Below are positions 26,787 to 38,853 of a stretch of 64,000 nt of DNA, in pieces. The number at the start of each line of letters is the position of its first letter. The stretch's first letter is position 1. Origin of the DNA: Convolutriloba macropyga (taxonomy: Eukaryota); NCBI RefSeq assembly GCF_964194025.1, contig NC_134482.1, forward strand, positions 46,996,001 to 47,060,000, read 5' to 3'. A program made the position numbers and the translations under genes. Below the pieces are notes generated by a model. The model saw nothing but the letters and a program-made list of their open reading frames with translations, did no database searches and had not been told where the DNA came from.

Positions 26787-28522
26787 GTAAATAATTCTTG
26801 GGCACTCTACTGTGAATACAAAAATCAGTAGAGGTAATTTTTCTTATCCTATTGTTTGTTGCTTGCCAAGAGAAGACCTGCAATGAAGATTGATGCCCGC
26901 TGTCTGTGTTTCATACGTATGTAACATTCAAGTAGTAACCCATGGTTTATCTTTTGAAAATCATTATACAGGCTATGTTAGTTGGTTTTAATCCGAGAAT
27001 GATACTTGAAATTAGGGCAAATTTTAATTAGGTTTTAAATGAGTTCTCTAACTCTTGATCATTTTCTGTGAATGCCGTGTTCCATTGAGGAGAGATAAGG
27101 GAACCCTTCTGGCCGTATATTTTCAAATATCAGTTTTTCTAGTTTTTTGAGCATCCAGAGGAAAATCTGATGAAAAGTAAATTGACGCTGTCTGACAATC
27201 TCCATAGTCGCTTTATTTAGGATTCGTCTAAACCTTTTTTATTACTCCAAGAGTGTAATTGTAGAGGAGTTTCGTTTCTCGAAAGGAATTTTATAGTTGA
27301 TTTTATGTAAGCGAGGTTTAACTATTGTTCTTCTCAGTTTTTTTATACCCTCCTCTCAAAACTGAAGCGAGTTTTCATGTGCGGGCACACTGTTCGTCAA
27401 TGCGTTGCATCATGCCAAACCAGCCGGACTTAGAAAGCGTTTTACAAACATTTTCTGTACGTTTCGAAACACGAATTTCATCCAATGAAACATCTGCAGT
27501 ACATCTTCAACCAATCAAACATCTGATCTTTTCCGTTTGTGCCCCCCCCCCCCCCCCAGCTTAGTAGGTGCATATTATTTGCAACCCCCAGACGCACGTG
27601 CAATATTTTTACATAATGATTTACTATGTAATGACACGTGCTCTGTCACTGGGGGGAGCATAACGTACTGGGGGGCAGAAACGGAAAAGATCCCAAACAT
27701 CTTAACCAATCAAACATATTTGATTGGTTCTTTAATTAATTGCAATTATGCCGACCAATTAATTGATTGTGGGGATTTTTACGAAACGAGTAATTGATCG
27801 GTAAAAGTCAATGCATTTTTTTGCAGTATAACATTCCAAAATTACACCGTGAAGTTTTGAGAAATTACCACTTGGCCGCCAACATTTGTTGGGGGCCAAG
27901 TGCTTGATCAGTCATTGTGAAATGATTGAAGCTCATCGTCGAATACATATAGCCTTTCAGCTTATTTGTCCATAGGATCACAACAGTACACCAGACTTTA
28001 TTATACTATACCGTTATGTACTCGCAAATAACGTTTATAAGAAGAAGATTGAATTAAAGGCAATAAGGTTTATCGTTGCCTTATATAACGCAATTATTTT
28101 GAATCCTGCCAATTAATTGATTGCTTTTGTTTTTGTTAGCCTATTTAATTGCAATCAGTTATTCCAATTCCCTGCTACAGCTATCAAGTCACAGCAACAA
28201 TTTACAATATCAAGGGTTTTCAATAGATGGCCTAGCTATTCCGATTGCTTAGAATGTTATGAACCACCAGTTACTGAACGGGTGCCATGATGTAGAGAGA
28301 CATAGTGATAATATAGCTGGTTGTTGGAAATAATATGCACCCACTGAGCTGATTACTAGTGATGGCAACAAGTTTGGACCATATACATATTGGTTCTGAA
28401 ACCGCACCCATTGAATAAGGTGTTCTTTTTCTAGTTTTTTGGAGCGATTATTTAGTTCGCTCACATAAATTTGTAGAGGTTGTTATCGATAACTATTCCT
28501 GCCACGACTACGTGTCTTTCAG

Positions 28523-28625
28523 ATTACAGAAAATGCTAAGCGCGTATACACCACCTACAAGTCTAACAATTCAACCTGGACATACAGTGAAGAAAGCAGA
28601 AACAACTCCTGAAACTCTCAAACGA
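28523..28625 (+). CDS. Candidate exon of the host gene (LQKMLSAYTPPTSLTIQPGHTVKKAETTPETLKR)
   Basis: Good acceptor TCTTTCAG and coding-like composition. Donor and frame uncertain. Confidence 0.35.
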
Positions 28626-29047
28626 GTTTCAGCTTTTATTCATTTCAATAGACAGAAAAAATATAGAGGTAAATATTTCGAAAGTTTTTATATTAGAGAA
28701 AAAACAATTACAATAAGCTCTCATCTTTTTGTGATAAACTTTTGTAAGGATAATTGCCGCGCATTACTCGCACCGCATTTTTAAATTTTATGAAAGGAAC
28801 CGATCATCTAGACAGGAATCACTGTCTTAAAGTAACATTCGGTTCTGTTGAGCCACTAAATATCTATGTTCTTTTTTTGTGTTTTGTATTTCTAGATTTT
28901 CGATATTGAGTAATTTAGTTTATTAGATACCATTAATTAATTCATTTTCAAGTTTTACATTTAAAATGACATTTTAATCTTTTTTTTGTATGTGATGCTC
29001 TGGATCTTTTTCGTTGATCCCCCCAGTACTTTATGAAAAGATCCGTT

Positions 29048-29510
29048 CTTGCATTTGGAAAAATTAATTGCGCTTAATTGGCTAGAGAAAAAGGTAACAA
29101 TCAATTAATTTAATTGTCAGAACGTAACAATCAATAATTGCAATTATTGATCAATTAATGTTCACCTTCTATCAATAATTGTGCTCTAAATTTTTTTGTT
29201 AAATTTTAGTCTGGACTGTACCCGAAATTGTACGCATATTGTTATACTCTTGCAGACATTCATTTTTTTCAATACGAAAAATATTTCACCCCAAAATCTC
29301 AAATTACTTTGCCGCTGGAATTTTTGGAATTTTTTTCTCTAGTTCCAGGTTTCAGACGTGGGAGTATGCTGTTTCAAATTTCTCCAATAATTGGGCAATT
29401 AATTGGGTCGTTCCAATCAATTATTGCAATCAAGTTTGAGTTGGCAATCAATAATTGCCATCAATTAACTGCCAATTATTGAAATTCCAATTTATTTTTC
29501 CAAATCCCTG
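29048..29510. mobile_element. hAT-type MITE with 8-bp TSD
   Basis: Right end TTTTTCCAAATCCCTG, left end CTTGCATTTGGAAAAAT. Flanks GATCCGTT (29040-29047) and GATCCGAT (29511-29518). Subterminal AATTA(A/T)TG repeats. Confidence 0.6.
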
Positions 29511-29559
29511 GATCCGATGCTCTTTGTTACTTGACTCTTGTCAGAATTTTTATCTTTAA

Positions 29560-31914
29560 TAATAGCCGCACAGCGATATCTGGGGCTATTATTGGCCGTC
29601 TCTTGGTTTTCTTAATAGCCGCACAGCGATAGCTGGGGCTATTATGGGCCTTCTATTGGTTTTCTTAATAGCAGTACAGCGATAGCTGGCGCTATTATTG
29701 GCCCTCTCGTGGTTTTTACGACTCGAAGAGGAGTATTGGTAGCGAAAGTGAGAAAAGCTGTCTTGGTGAACAGATCTTCGCTAAGCGAGAGGATTTTTTT
29801 GATCATGCGCTGAGTTTAGTGAATGACTTTTTGACTTTGAAAAGTAGTTTTTGACTGAATTGCACATATAGATAACCGTTTTTAGCCGTTTTTTTCGTCT
29901 AAGTGGCCCAATATTTTTGGTTTTAATTTGGTTCCTTGTAGAAATAAATTTTATTTGATACTATATTGAAATTTCAACCTCGGAAATTGATGCCACAGTG
30001 TTTTGAAGAGCCTGAAAATGCGTTTCAATTTGAAAATTGGCACATAATTCTTGATTTTTTTAGTTATTTTTTGGCTTTTTTCTTTTAATTTCTTCTTTTT
30101 TGGATCCTTTAACCGTCTTTTTGTCAAAAATCAGTTAATATGGCAATTTCTTTTTGGTAATCCCTATACTTAACGCTTCTTTCTACCTCGATGTAATTTT
30201 GTTCGAAAAAACTGTACGTATGCTAATCCGATTTTGGTAGTTTTTTCCGATTTTCGTCAGTTTTTCGTTTGTATTTTGTGTGTAATTGCTAGAAAAAGTT
30301 TTTCTTGAGCAACATGAGGGACTTTAGTTTCGTATCAATAAAAATTCAATCATTTTTTGGCGTTAAGAAAACAACTAAAACTTTTTCATAAATGCAGTCT
30401 TAACTTAAAAGTTCTTTGGCCATTTTTTTGCAAAATGTTTCAATGTTTCTTAATTATGAATTCTGCTTTTTCCTATTTTTAGGTCTCTTCAGAAGGACAG
30501 ATCTTTGTATCGGATGACTAGTTATCTTTTCTCTGTCTTGAATCCTGAACAATGAAATGTATTCGTTTTTTTGAATTTTTTAAATTGATTTTTAATTTTC
30601 AAAAATTACAAGGTCTTTTTGTTACGGTGTTCGTTACATTGTGCCGATATTCTTCATATTCTAGTTAGTATTATTCTAGTTTTGTCCTGGCAACATTTGT
30701 TTTCGTTATATTGATTTTTTCAGTTGTAAAAAATGAACGATTTCAGCTTTTTCTTAGGTTTTCGTCATTTCTTTGGTGTGCAATTGATTTCATTCAACAA
30801 AAGGCAGTACTGAGAGTTTGATAGCAAGCTTCTTCTAAAATTTCCACTTATTACTATTTACTGCAGCTTTCTTCCGGCCTTGGTTTTAATTTAAACGATT
30901 TTTTGCCCTTGAATATTCTTCTGCTTATGTCTATTCTATGATCAATTTTATTTTTGATTTAGTGTGAAATCATGTTGTCTGACTTATGTACAAAAAGGAA
31001 GGAACAGTTAGTGTGTGTGTTGTTTTTTGTCTTAATCGCAGTGATTAGAAGTGTAATTATAGGTATTTTCTGATTCCTAAATTTGAGCTTTCTTTTTTGA
31101 AAAGATTTAACTTAGTTTCTAAGATTATTATCTGCCGTTTGCTTTCGCAATCTTTTTCAGATTAGAATCATGAATTTTTTGAGGGCAATTGATAACTTTG
31201 CCAGCTTTTTCAGACTATCAGGTTATTGACCACTCTAATTATCTTGGATTTTTTAACGTTACCAAACGTTTTCAATGATATAAAATTTTGCTGCATTTTG
31301 TTTCTCTTGTTAACAGTGGTTTAGGTTTCACCAATTTTTCGAGCAGATCTAGAGAGGTAGTGAGTTAATGGTTTAATACAAAAGGTAGTGGCTTCCGCTG
31401 CAATTACGGTTTTGTTAGCGAAGTTTTGACGCTTCGGGTCGCTTCCGGAGTTCTTCCGGCTATGTTTTTTATTTCGTCAAGATTTTCGTTACGACCATTT
31501 GATGTCATAACCACTTTAAATCTGCTTTTGGTGCATTCGTTTATGCCATTTCAATTGAATTGCGTGTGTGGCGGCATTTCTTACGCTTAATAGAGCGAAT
31601 TTTTTGTTCATTTGCGTGAATAGGTTGTTGGTCAAACTTGACTTACCTCACTCTCGAAAATGACTCCCACTCTTGAAATTGACTTTTCTTTACTTTGATA
31701 AATCAAACAGATGAGGTCAATGAATGTTTGTAACCTAATTGAAGGTTATTTGAGAGCACCTAATTGACGCAGCAATAAGTTATACAGATTCATAATCTAA
31801 ATACGACATCTCAGCTTTTAATAAATGAATTTTTTTCGGCTGTTAATTTTGATATCTTCTTGTCTGCTGATCTACAAAGCTATTCCGGCTTTTTTCTGAC
31901 AATCTGCCAGTTAT
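29560..31914 (+). mobile_element. Helentron/HINE-like element (type H3, TAATAGCCGC end) with triplicated left terminus
   Basis: Three 53-bp copies of TAATAGCCGCACAGCGATAGCTGGGGCTATTA. Shares the GACTCGAAGAGGAGTATTGG block with 38950, 44504 and 56050. Degenerate right end GCTATTCCGGC..AATCTGCCAG. Confidence 0.55.
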
Positions 31915-32000
31915 ATTACAGGATTTGGCTCGCCGGACCCGAGTTAACCGACTACCAATTTAGAGGAGGGACTTTAACTACCACCGATTGGAATTTGTTT

Positions 32001-33350
32001 AGTTGCTCTCAAACGAAGATTGTAGCAATTATTAATTGCTCTTGAACGAAGTTCATAGCAATTATTGTAAACGTGTGTGTCTTTTTTATGCAAAATTTTT
32101 GACTTTACGAGTGACTTTTACTTGGCCGTTTTTGACTTCTCGGGTGACTTTTTGCCCTTAACTTTTTGCGTTTCGCGTGATCTTAAATTCTCTCTCAGTC
32201 ACAATTTCAAGCAGCTGAACTCAATTGGCGGCAATTTAATACTAATAGTCAAATCGAAAGTGCGCCGAAACTGGTGCCATTTTTTACTTTAAATCTTATT
32301 AGTGGTATATGTTAACCTCTGATGTGGTTATTTGAAGCCCACTATTTGATGGTCATCATTTGATGGTGATTTGATATTGCCGGGTTGTTCTTTCGAACTT
32401 TCCGAGCTGCGATACTGGTGTATACACCTGGAGGTGAACGGACAATATATCAAAAACAGAAAAATTGGGACAATAGACCGAAAATTAATCGGGATTCTCA
32501 TTGGCCGAAATTAAGCGATTTTGCAAGCTAGCATAAAATAACCGCATCTAGCCATGCCTTAGCGGCCCATGTGATCACAGCCGAAAAATACCAGGACCGA
32601 ACATGTTATGCGCTGTATTATGAGTGTCTCCTGTTATAACGCGTCCCCAATAATCTCTCAACGCAAAATATTGCAGTCACGCTTTGATACACCGTCTGAC
32701 CTTTTCTCGTTTTTTAGGAGAAACTTACACCAATTCAACACTTAATATCTGTTCGTCTTGAACGGAAAGACTGTATTACTACAAAGCTATCATAAGACAG
32801 CGAAAATTCGCATAGCTCTTACAGGTTCTGATGTAGTTAACGGATTGTTAATAAGATTCAGATGGATGCAAGTTTCGTTGAATCATTTGTTATCGACTCA
32901 AATTGTTTAAGTTGTTTAAGTAGATTCACATTTGTTTGTTAGTGGTTATTTTCTCTCAAAGAGAAGCAATTATTGTAAACATGTGTGTCTTTTTTATGCA
33001 AAATGTTTACTTGGCCGTTTTTGACTTCTCGAGTGACTTTTTGCCCTTAACTTTTTGCGTTTTGCGTATCTAAAATTCTCTCTCAATCACTATTTCAAGC
33101 GGCTGAACTCAATTGGCGGCAATTTAATACTAAAAGTCAAATGAAAAGTGCGCCAAAAGTGGTGCCGTTTTTTTCACTTTAAATGGGAATAGTGGTATGT
33201 ATTAACCTCTAATGAGGTTATTTGAAGCCCCTTAGTGAATTTCTTAGTCCCAATCAGGCTACACTAACCCACCCCGACTAAATCAGGCTGCAGTTCATTA
33301 GAACTCCCACTAGTTGTTCGAGAGCAATTCTTCCGACGCTAGTCGACTAT
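32001..33350 (+). mobile_element. Helentron/HINE-like copies (type H1, AATTGCTCTCGAAC end), partly duplicated
   Basis: Left end AATTGCTCTTGAACGAAGTTC. 32040-32345 is repeated at 32960-33230. Right end GTTCGAGAGCAATT plus hairpin CCGACGCTAGTCG. Confidence 0.7.
32432..32620 (-). mobile_element. Truncated inverted relative of the 2176-2528 MITE
   Basis: GGTGAACGGACAAT...TTGGGACAATAGACCGAAAATTAATC...GCCATGCCTTAGCGGCCC matches the reverse complement of 2290-2528. Confidence 0.7.
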
Positions 33351-33429
33351 GTTTTATACTGAAAACTTTTTAGGATTTTTGCATCTAAAAATCAAATCTG
33401 TCCAACATGTTTGAAAACAATTTATATTG

Positions 33430-36400
33430 AAGACTGATAGTAGTTGTTTTTAGCATTTGAGTTGTTCGAATAGCAAAAGATAAGGTAATCGTTTTCCCAG
33501 GAGAATAAGACTTTTACTCCTGAAAGAAGTTTGCTTATTTTGTGCGAATCTCAATCAACTCCTTAGTTAAACATCTCTTTGTGGAATCATGTTTATCGTT
33601 AAGTCGTCATCAGTTCAAATCTTCAAAAGATGACTTTGTCTTTTGGAAACAACTTGAAGTTGTAACCCACGCAATCCGGTTTTCAATGTTAAGCTATGTG
33701 CCTCATGACCATTCTGATCTTGAAGTTTGATAGTTGATTTCGGTCTTCCCGCTCCTTGAGTGAAACCACAAGATAAGGGAACTGCTCAAAGCCACATTTG
33801 TAATTGAGGTGGTTTGCAGTGATGAGGTCACAGTAAGGTCGAAGGAAGTCGGCCTACCTGCTTGCCACGATGAAACGTAGATCTCGCCTGGTCGTTAGCT
33901 GGCTGGTATAAGGTTCTTCTTTTCTACTATTGGGGCCAAGTTTGCCACCGATCAAGCTGTTACAACTCTATCGCAAATTCTTTCATGCCTGGCTAGTGCA
34001 GCGCCCCGCCCGTGACATGAAACAGTATGGTTGCCATAAATGTCCAACCATAAATGCCATAAGGTCTGCTTTTCAATTAGTGCTTCAAGTTTTTCTATTG
34101 TCGAGCACTTCATAATTTTTTTTCTGTGAGAAGGCAGGCAAGTCCAAGGAGTTGAGGCTAGGTTAGTTTTCCCGTAAATCGTCGTCGTTGGGACTCTGAG
34201 TAGTTACACATGACAGGAGCTCGTAAAGTGACACTAAGGAGCTACCAAAAGCAGATTTAAACTTGTACAGACTTTGCTGAACGCCATACCCTGATAAATT
34301 TGTAGGCACTGTCTGTCGGAGGTAGCCATGTGTCATCACTTAGAATGGTACCCATAATGTTTTCGGGAACTTCTTGTCATCAAACTTCTAGGAGGTTTTT
34401 TGGACACTTTCTGTCGGTGTGCTACAAGGAAGCGAATGCACCATTTTTGGTGCCCCCAGACAATGTCACAAGAGAACCTAAAGAACTTTGGTTGAGGTAG
34501 TCAAGTTTATCCAAATTAACGAAAATCATGTCTATCCGTTTCATGAGAGTACTTGCAATATATTGTGGGCTCATCGATGGCAGCTCCTAGCACCTCTAAT
34601 CCTGCGACGGTTTTTTTTTACTCTTTCATCAATGTTATTTAATTCTACTGGTGCACCAAAGTTTGCATTTGCCGGATCGGACGAAAAGTTCACGTTCTGG
34701 TGTATAATTGCTTAAAATTTTTCATTAAGTTTTTCTTCAGAACCTGCGATGAGCCCATCATCAAGATACCTTGTATGCTGATGCAAATTAGGTGCCCATC
34801 AATGAATCTTTTCCACTACTGGCCAAAGCATAAACGAAAACAGCAAAGGGCCTAGTGGGTCTACTTGCTAGTTACCTGATTCGCGAGGCGCAATATATTT
34901 GTCTTAGAAGTGTGGACTGTGATGTGAGTAGCAAAAATTGGTAGACGAAGCTATTCCTGGTAAGTATTCCTTAACCGGTTTCAGAAGACTGCGTTGTACG
35001 TAGTGAAAAGCATTTGGGAAGTCTTCCTGCAGAATGCCTGAGGTATTGACGTTTTCAATATTTTTCATACAAATCTTTTGTGAGTGAATATTTGCTTCTG
35101 CACCGCCACCAACGCTGACTCCGAGTTTTAATTTTTGGAAGATATCTACTGCTTCCTTGCTGGCTTCCGGGACCAAGCATATACCCGTAAGTCTTCTTAG
35201 CACTTCCTCTACTGCAATTGGATGGATGCCCACTTCTTTCTTTAGCAAAGCTAGTGAGGCACAGCAGAGCGCTTGAGAAATGAACTCACGAAACCTCCTC
35301 TGCAGACTATGTTCACCAACTTAATAGGTACTTTCACCACAGTTTCAGATTGATGTGTTGCCGTGCATTGCACTGCCTGTAACATTTTTTCGGCGAATTT
35401 TTTGATGGACCTGCCGCTGTGTACTTGGGAAAAGACTTCTACTGTAGAACTTTTCCTCAGAAAACTGATGAGCCTCGGAAAAGTTTTCCGTGTGTTTCAG
35501 TTGTGCTTTGTTTTGGATGTAACTTTCTAAAGCATGGAAAGCTGCCTTCCCAGCTGATGCTAGACCCTCTGATGCAAAAAGTTTTGCTGCACGGCCACAA
35601 CATAAAACTCCCCTCAAAGTCTCCGTTGGAAAGTCCCCTCAATGAACTCACGAAACCTCCTCTGCAGACTATGTTCACCAACTTTGTAGGTACTTTCACC
35701 ACAGTTTCAGATTGATGTGTTGCCGTGCATTGCACTGCCTGTAACATTTTTTCGGCGAATTTTTTGATGGACCTGCCGCTGTGTACTTGGGAAAAGACTT
35801 CTACTGTAGAATTTTTCCTCAGAAAACTGATGAGCCTCGGAAAAGTTTTCCGTGTGTTTCAGTTGTGCTTTGTTTTGGATGTAACTTTCTAAAGCATGGA
35901 AAGCTGCCTTCCCAGCTGGTGCTAGACCCTCTGATGGAAAAAGTTTTGCTGCACGGCCACAACATAAAAGTCCCCTCAAAGTCTCCGTTGGACCGGCGCT
36001 TTTTTCTATCTAAAAATTTGTGGTCCTTATAGCTTCTGTGTTTTTTCGCGCCTCTGTTGTTAATTCTTAGAATACGTTTGGAGATAGCAAAGAGTTTGCT
36101 CCAGTTCATTTCGGCTTCCGGATCATCGAGGCAATCATTGATTGTATCTGTGAGTACCTTAGACCATTCTTGTCTTACTTCAAGTTGAACGTGGTGAACA
36201 TTGAAACTCTTGTGATCAATGTTTTAAATTCTGGTAGCTGAGCAATTAAACAGGCGCTTGTTGAGTTCAGAATCAAGAGAGTTCTGTTGACACAATTTGA
36301 TTTGTCTGCGTTGATTAAGAGGTAGTCAATTTAGTCCGATAACTCTTTAGAAATCCTTTTAAGTCTGCTCATATGTTCAGGAAGTAATAGTGAGCCGAAA

Positions 36401-36735
36401 TGTACGTGGAATTGATCCAAGAGTCTTGTTCAGGGGCCCAACCTATGTATCTGATCTTTGTTTCATCGCCACTAGTCTCCAACACTTGAATTTTGCAAAA
36501 TTTATTAGCAATATCCGTAAGAACAGCAAAGACTCTAGTGAAATATCAAAAGTTATCTTCCGTATTTAAGAGTGCCAATTGCTCTGTGAGACCAGTAGTT
36601 CGGTTGCAAATATCTGTGCTCTCAATGGAGTCTGAAATTGATGATCTTGACGAGTGGCAAGGTGCAGTCATAGCTTGGCTCAAATCACAAGGGGAATTTT
36701 TCTTTCCGTAGTATCTGATCCTTGTCATAGTTAAA
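33430..36735 (-). mobile_element. Decayed CRE-like non-LTR retrotransposon (RT plus restriction-like endonuclease)
   Basis: HPIAVEEVLRRLTGICL, LGVSVGGGAEA, DFPNAF, DPLGPLLFS and YLDDG (RT). RPGEIYVSSWQAGRPTSFDLTVTS at about 33.82-33.9 kb is a PD..D RLE motif. Confidence 0.85.
35279..35992. repeat. 362-bp tandem duplication inside the CRE-like element
   Basis: ORF pairs offset by 362 bp (35345/35707, 35419/35781). Confidence 0.95.
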
Positions 36736-36765
36736 TAAAAGAAAAGTTTCTGTTATTTTTTTTAG

Positions 36766-36870
36766 TTATCCTTCCACAGCGCCAGATAAAGAAGGACAAC
36801 AGGCATCTACTTGAAACACCCAAAAAAGGCGATCGGGGAGGGGGCAGTGGGAAGGTTGGATCTCACCGGT
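36766..36870 (+). CDS. Probable host-gene exon (ILPQRQIKKDNRHLLETPKKGDRGGGSGKVGSHR)
   Basis: Strong polypyrimidine acceptor TTTTTTTTAG and one open frame. Donor position uncertain. Confidence 0.45.
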
Positions 36871-36984
36871 GTGTTGTATGGGTCTGATATGACGTTTCTT
36901 GCTAATCAGATCCAACTCCACGTCCTCCCGTTTAAAGTAGCATAAAAGGTGGATAAATAAATTTGGAGCTGAATGCTTTGACAG

Positions 36985-37017
36985 ATAACGAGAACTGCAG
37001 CGCGAACGTCCTAATAG
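36985..37017 (+). CDS. Host-gene small exon (NENCSANVLI)
   Basis: TTTGACAG acceptor and GT donor. The phase-1 end joins exon 37314 in frame. Confidence 0.5.
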
Positions 37018-37313
37018 GTCGTTTTCCACTAAAACTCAATTCTCTTTTTATAAAACTAAAACTCAATTATTTTGCTCCAAAAATTGTGGTGAATTTTTAT
37101 TTGGAAAAGAACCAAATTTGACCTAATGCTGTCAGGTTCTCAAGAGTTTAATCTTTAAAGTGTTCTGATTTGAGATTTTTTTGGAGCACTTATTTGGTTT
37201 CTGAAATGAGTATCTGGTTTCTCACAAAACATTTTAGAAGAGAAAAACCGAAATATGTATCACGTTGATCGGACAGTAGTTAACTGGTTAAATCCGAAAG
37301 ATTTGTATTTCAG

Positions 37314-37423
37314 AAGCAGAGAAAATACTAACTGAACAAGCCCAAGAAAAAGCGAGACGTGAAGAGGCGATCAAAAGACAACAACAGGAGGACAAACAGT
37401 ATATACAGAACGTGACAGATGAG
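37314..37423 (+). CDS. Host-gene exon, coiled coil (EAEKILTEQAQEKARREEAIKRQQQEDKQYIQNVTDE)
   Basis: TATTTCAG acceptor, GAG|GTTTGT donor, phase 0 into exon 38231. Confidence 0.8.
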
Positions 37424-38230
37424 GTTTGTTTCATTGATCTGAATTGAAAAGCAACTTAGTCTCCAATAAAAATATAAGAACTGTCCCTTTTTCGCATCTT
37501 CATGATGGTATTTAATTTATGCTGTGATGGCTATTGTCGCCTGATATTAGGCAACGCGTTAGTTTTTTGTTCCATTTTGCTAATGAGAACAAAATTTTGT
37601 TCACGGGGTGAAGAAAACACTTCTAATTAAGGCTGATAGCTAGCCTATACGAAGACAGTTTACTTGGGGGCTCTGCATTGTCCTTATTTTTCTGTAAAGT
37701 AGAAATTCGAGATTCGTGAACTTTTTTGAGTGCATTTAAAGCACTTCTACAACTGTTTTGCAGTCCCAAAGTTTGTGGTGTAAGAACAAAATTGGTCATT
37801 GTAAGTGTTTTAATTTTCAAAACATTCATTTTCACACTATATAATGCACATGTTCATTTTTGATCGTTTCAAACGTCCGAAATAATTTTAATTGTAGATT
37901 ACTTGAACTTTGGTGTTGCTAAAGTTCGCTTTTTGATTTGAATTTTTTGAGCGTTCTTAGTTTTACCGACGTCTCTAACATTTTTGTTTACAAACGATAA
38001 GTATTTTGTGGACCTGCCGCTCCTCAAGCTGAAACAATTCATGACCTTTGGAGAAATTTCAAAGTTTTTCTGCCATGATATCAACCGCTGTTTCCATTTT
38101 TAAGTGACCCAAATTGAAATTTGATTTGTTCATGATTTGAACTGATGAGAATTTCCTGGTTAAATATGATGCTTTAAAAGAGATGCTTTAATCTGGAATT
38201 TATTATTATTATTTGAAAAATGTGTTTAAG

Positions 38231-38463
38231 ATTGCCCAGTTACAACAACAGAAAGCTGAGCTAGAAAGACGCAAAGTGAAAGAGTTCACTGAACTCCAGC
38301 GACGATTGACTTCCTCTGGTTCGAATTCTGGTCTTGTGAGGCAGGACCATCACCACTATAACCATCAACAAACACACCGTAATCAACACCATCACAACAC
38401 CACCCAAATTCATGGTGGGGCCTCGCATAGGAACAGTGGGGGTATTGATCACCATAACCAAAT
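38231..38463 (+). CDS. Host-gene exon, end of coiled coil plus His/Asn-rich segment
   Basis: IAQLQQQKAELERRKVKEFTELQRRL...HHHYNHQQTHRNQHHH. Donor GTAAGT at 38464, alternative GTATTG at 38442. Confidence 0.8.
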
Positions 38464-38540
38464 GTAAGTTGAACCAGATTTTTGGATGCTTTCGTTTTCC
38501 TCTCGTGATCAAATGTTTAGTATCTATGGTAGTGGCTTTT

Positions 38541-38850
38541 TAATTGCTCTTGAACGAAGTTCATGGCATTTATTGTAAACGTTTAGGTCTTTTTCTGTGT
38601 AAATTTTTCGCTTGACCATTTTGTGCTTCTTGCTAATATAAGCTTGTTGATAATATAAATTTGTTGCAGCATATCAAAAATTAGTGACTCATAGCGCAGT
38701 GGTAAGTGCGGGTGGCTATGGATCCGGATCAAATTCCGTTGGATGCAAGGTTTTTTGCACCCATAAAGAAAATTTGATTTAGGCTACAGACCCGGAATTA
38801 AATTGCCTCGCCTGTTGTTCAAGAGCAATTCTTCCAACATTTGTCGGTTT
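38541..38850 (+). mobile_element. HINE-like element (type H1) carrying a tRNA-derived segment
   Basis: AATTGCTCTTGAAC / GTTCAAGAGCAATT inverted ends plus hairpin. A/B-box-like motifs at 38692-38737. Confidence 0.7.
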
Positions 38851-38853
38851 GTT

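Noticed and set aside
38684-38760. Functional tRNA gene (also at 52299-52375)
   Set aside because: No complete cloverleaf or acceptor stem, degenerate B box, and embedded in a repeat. Treated as tRNA-derived.
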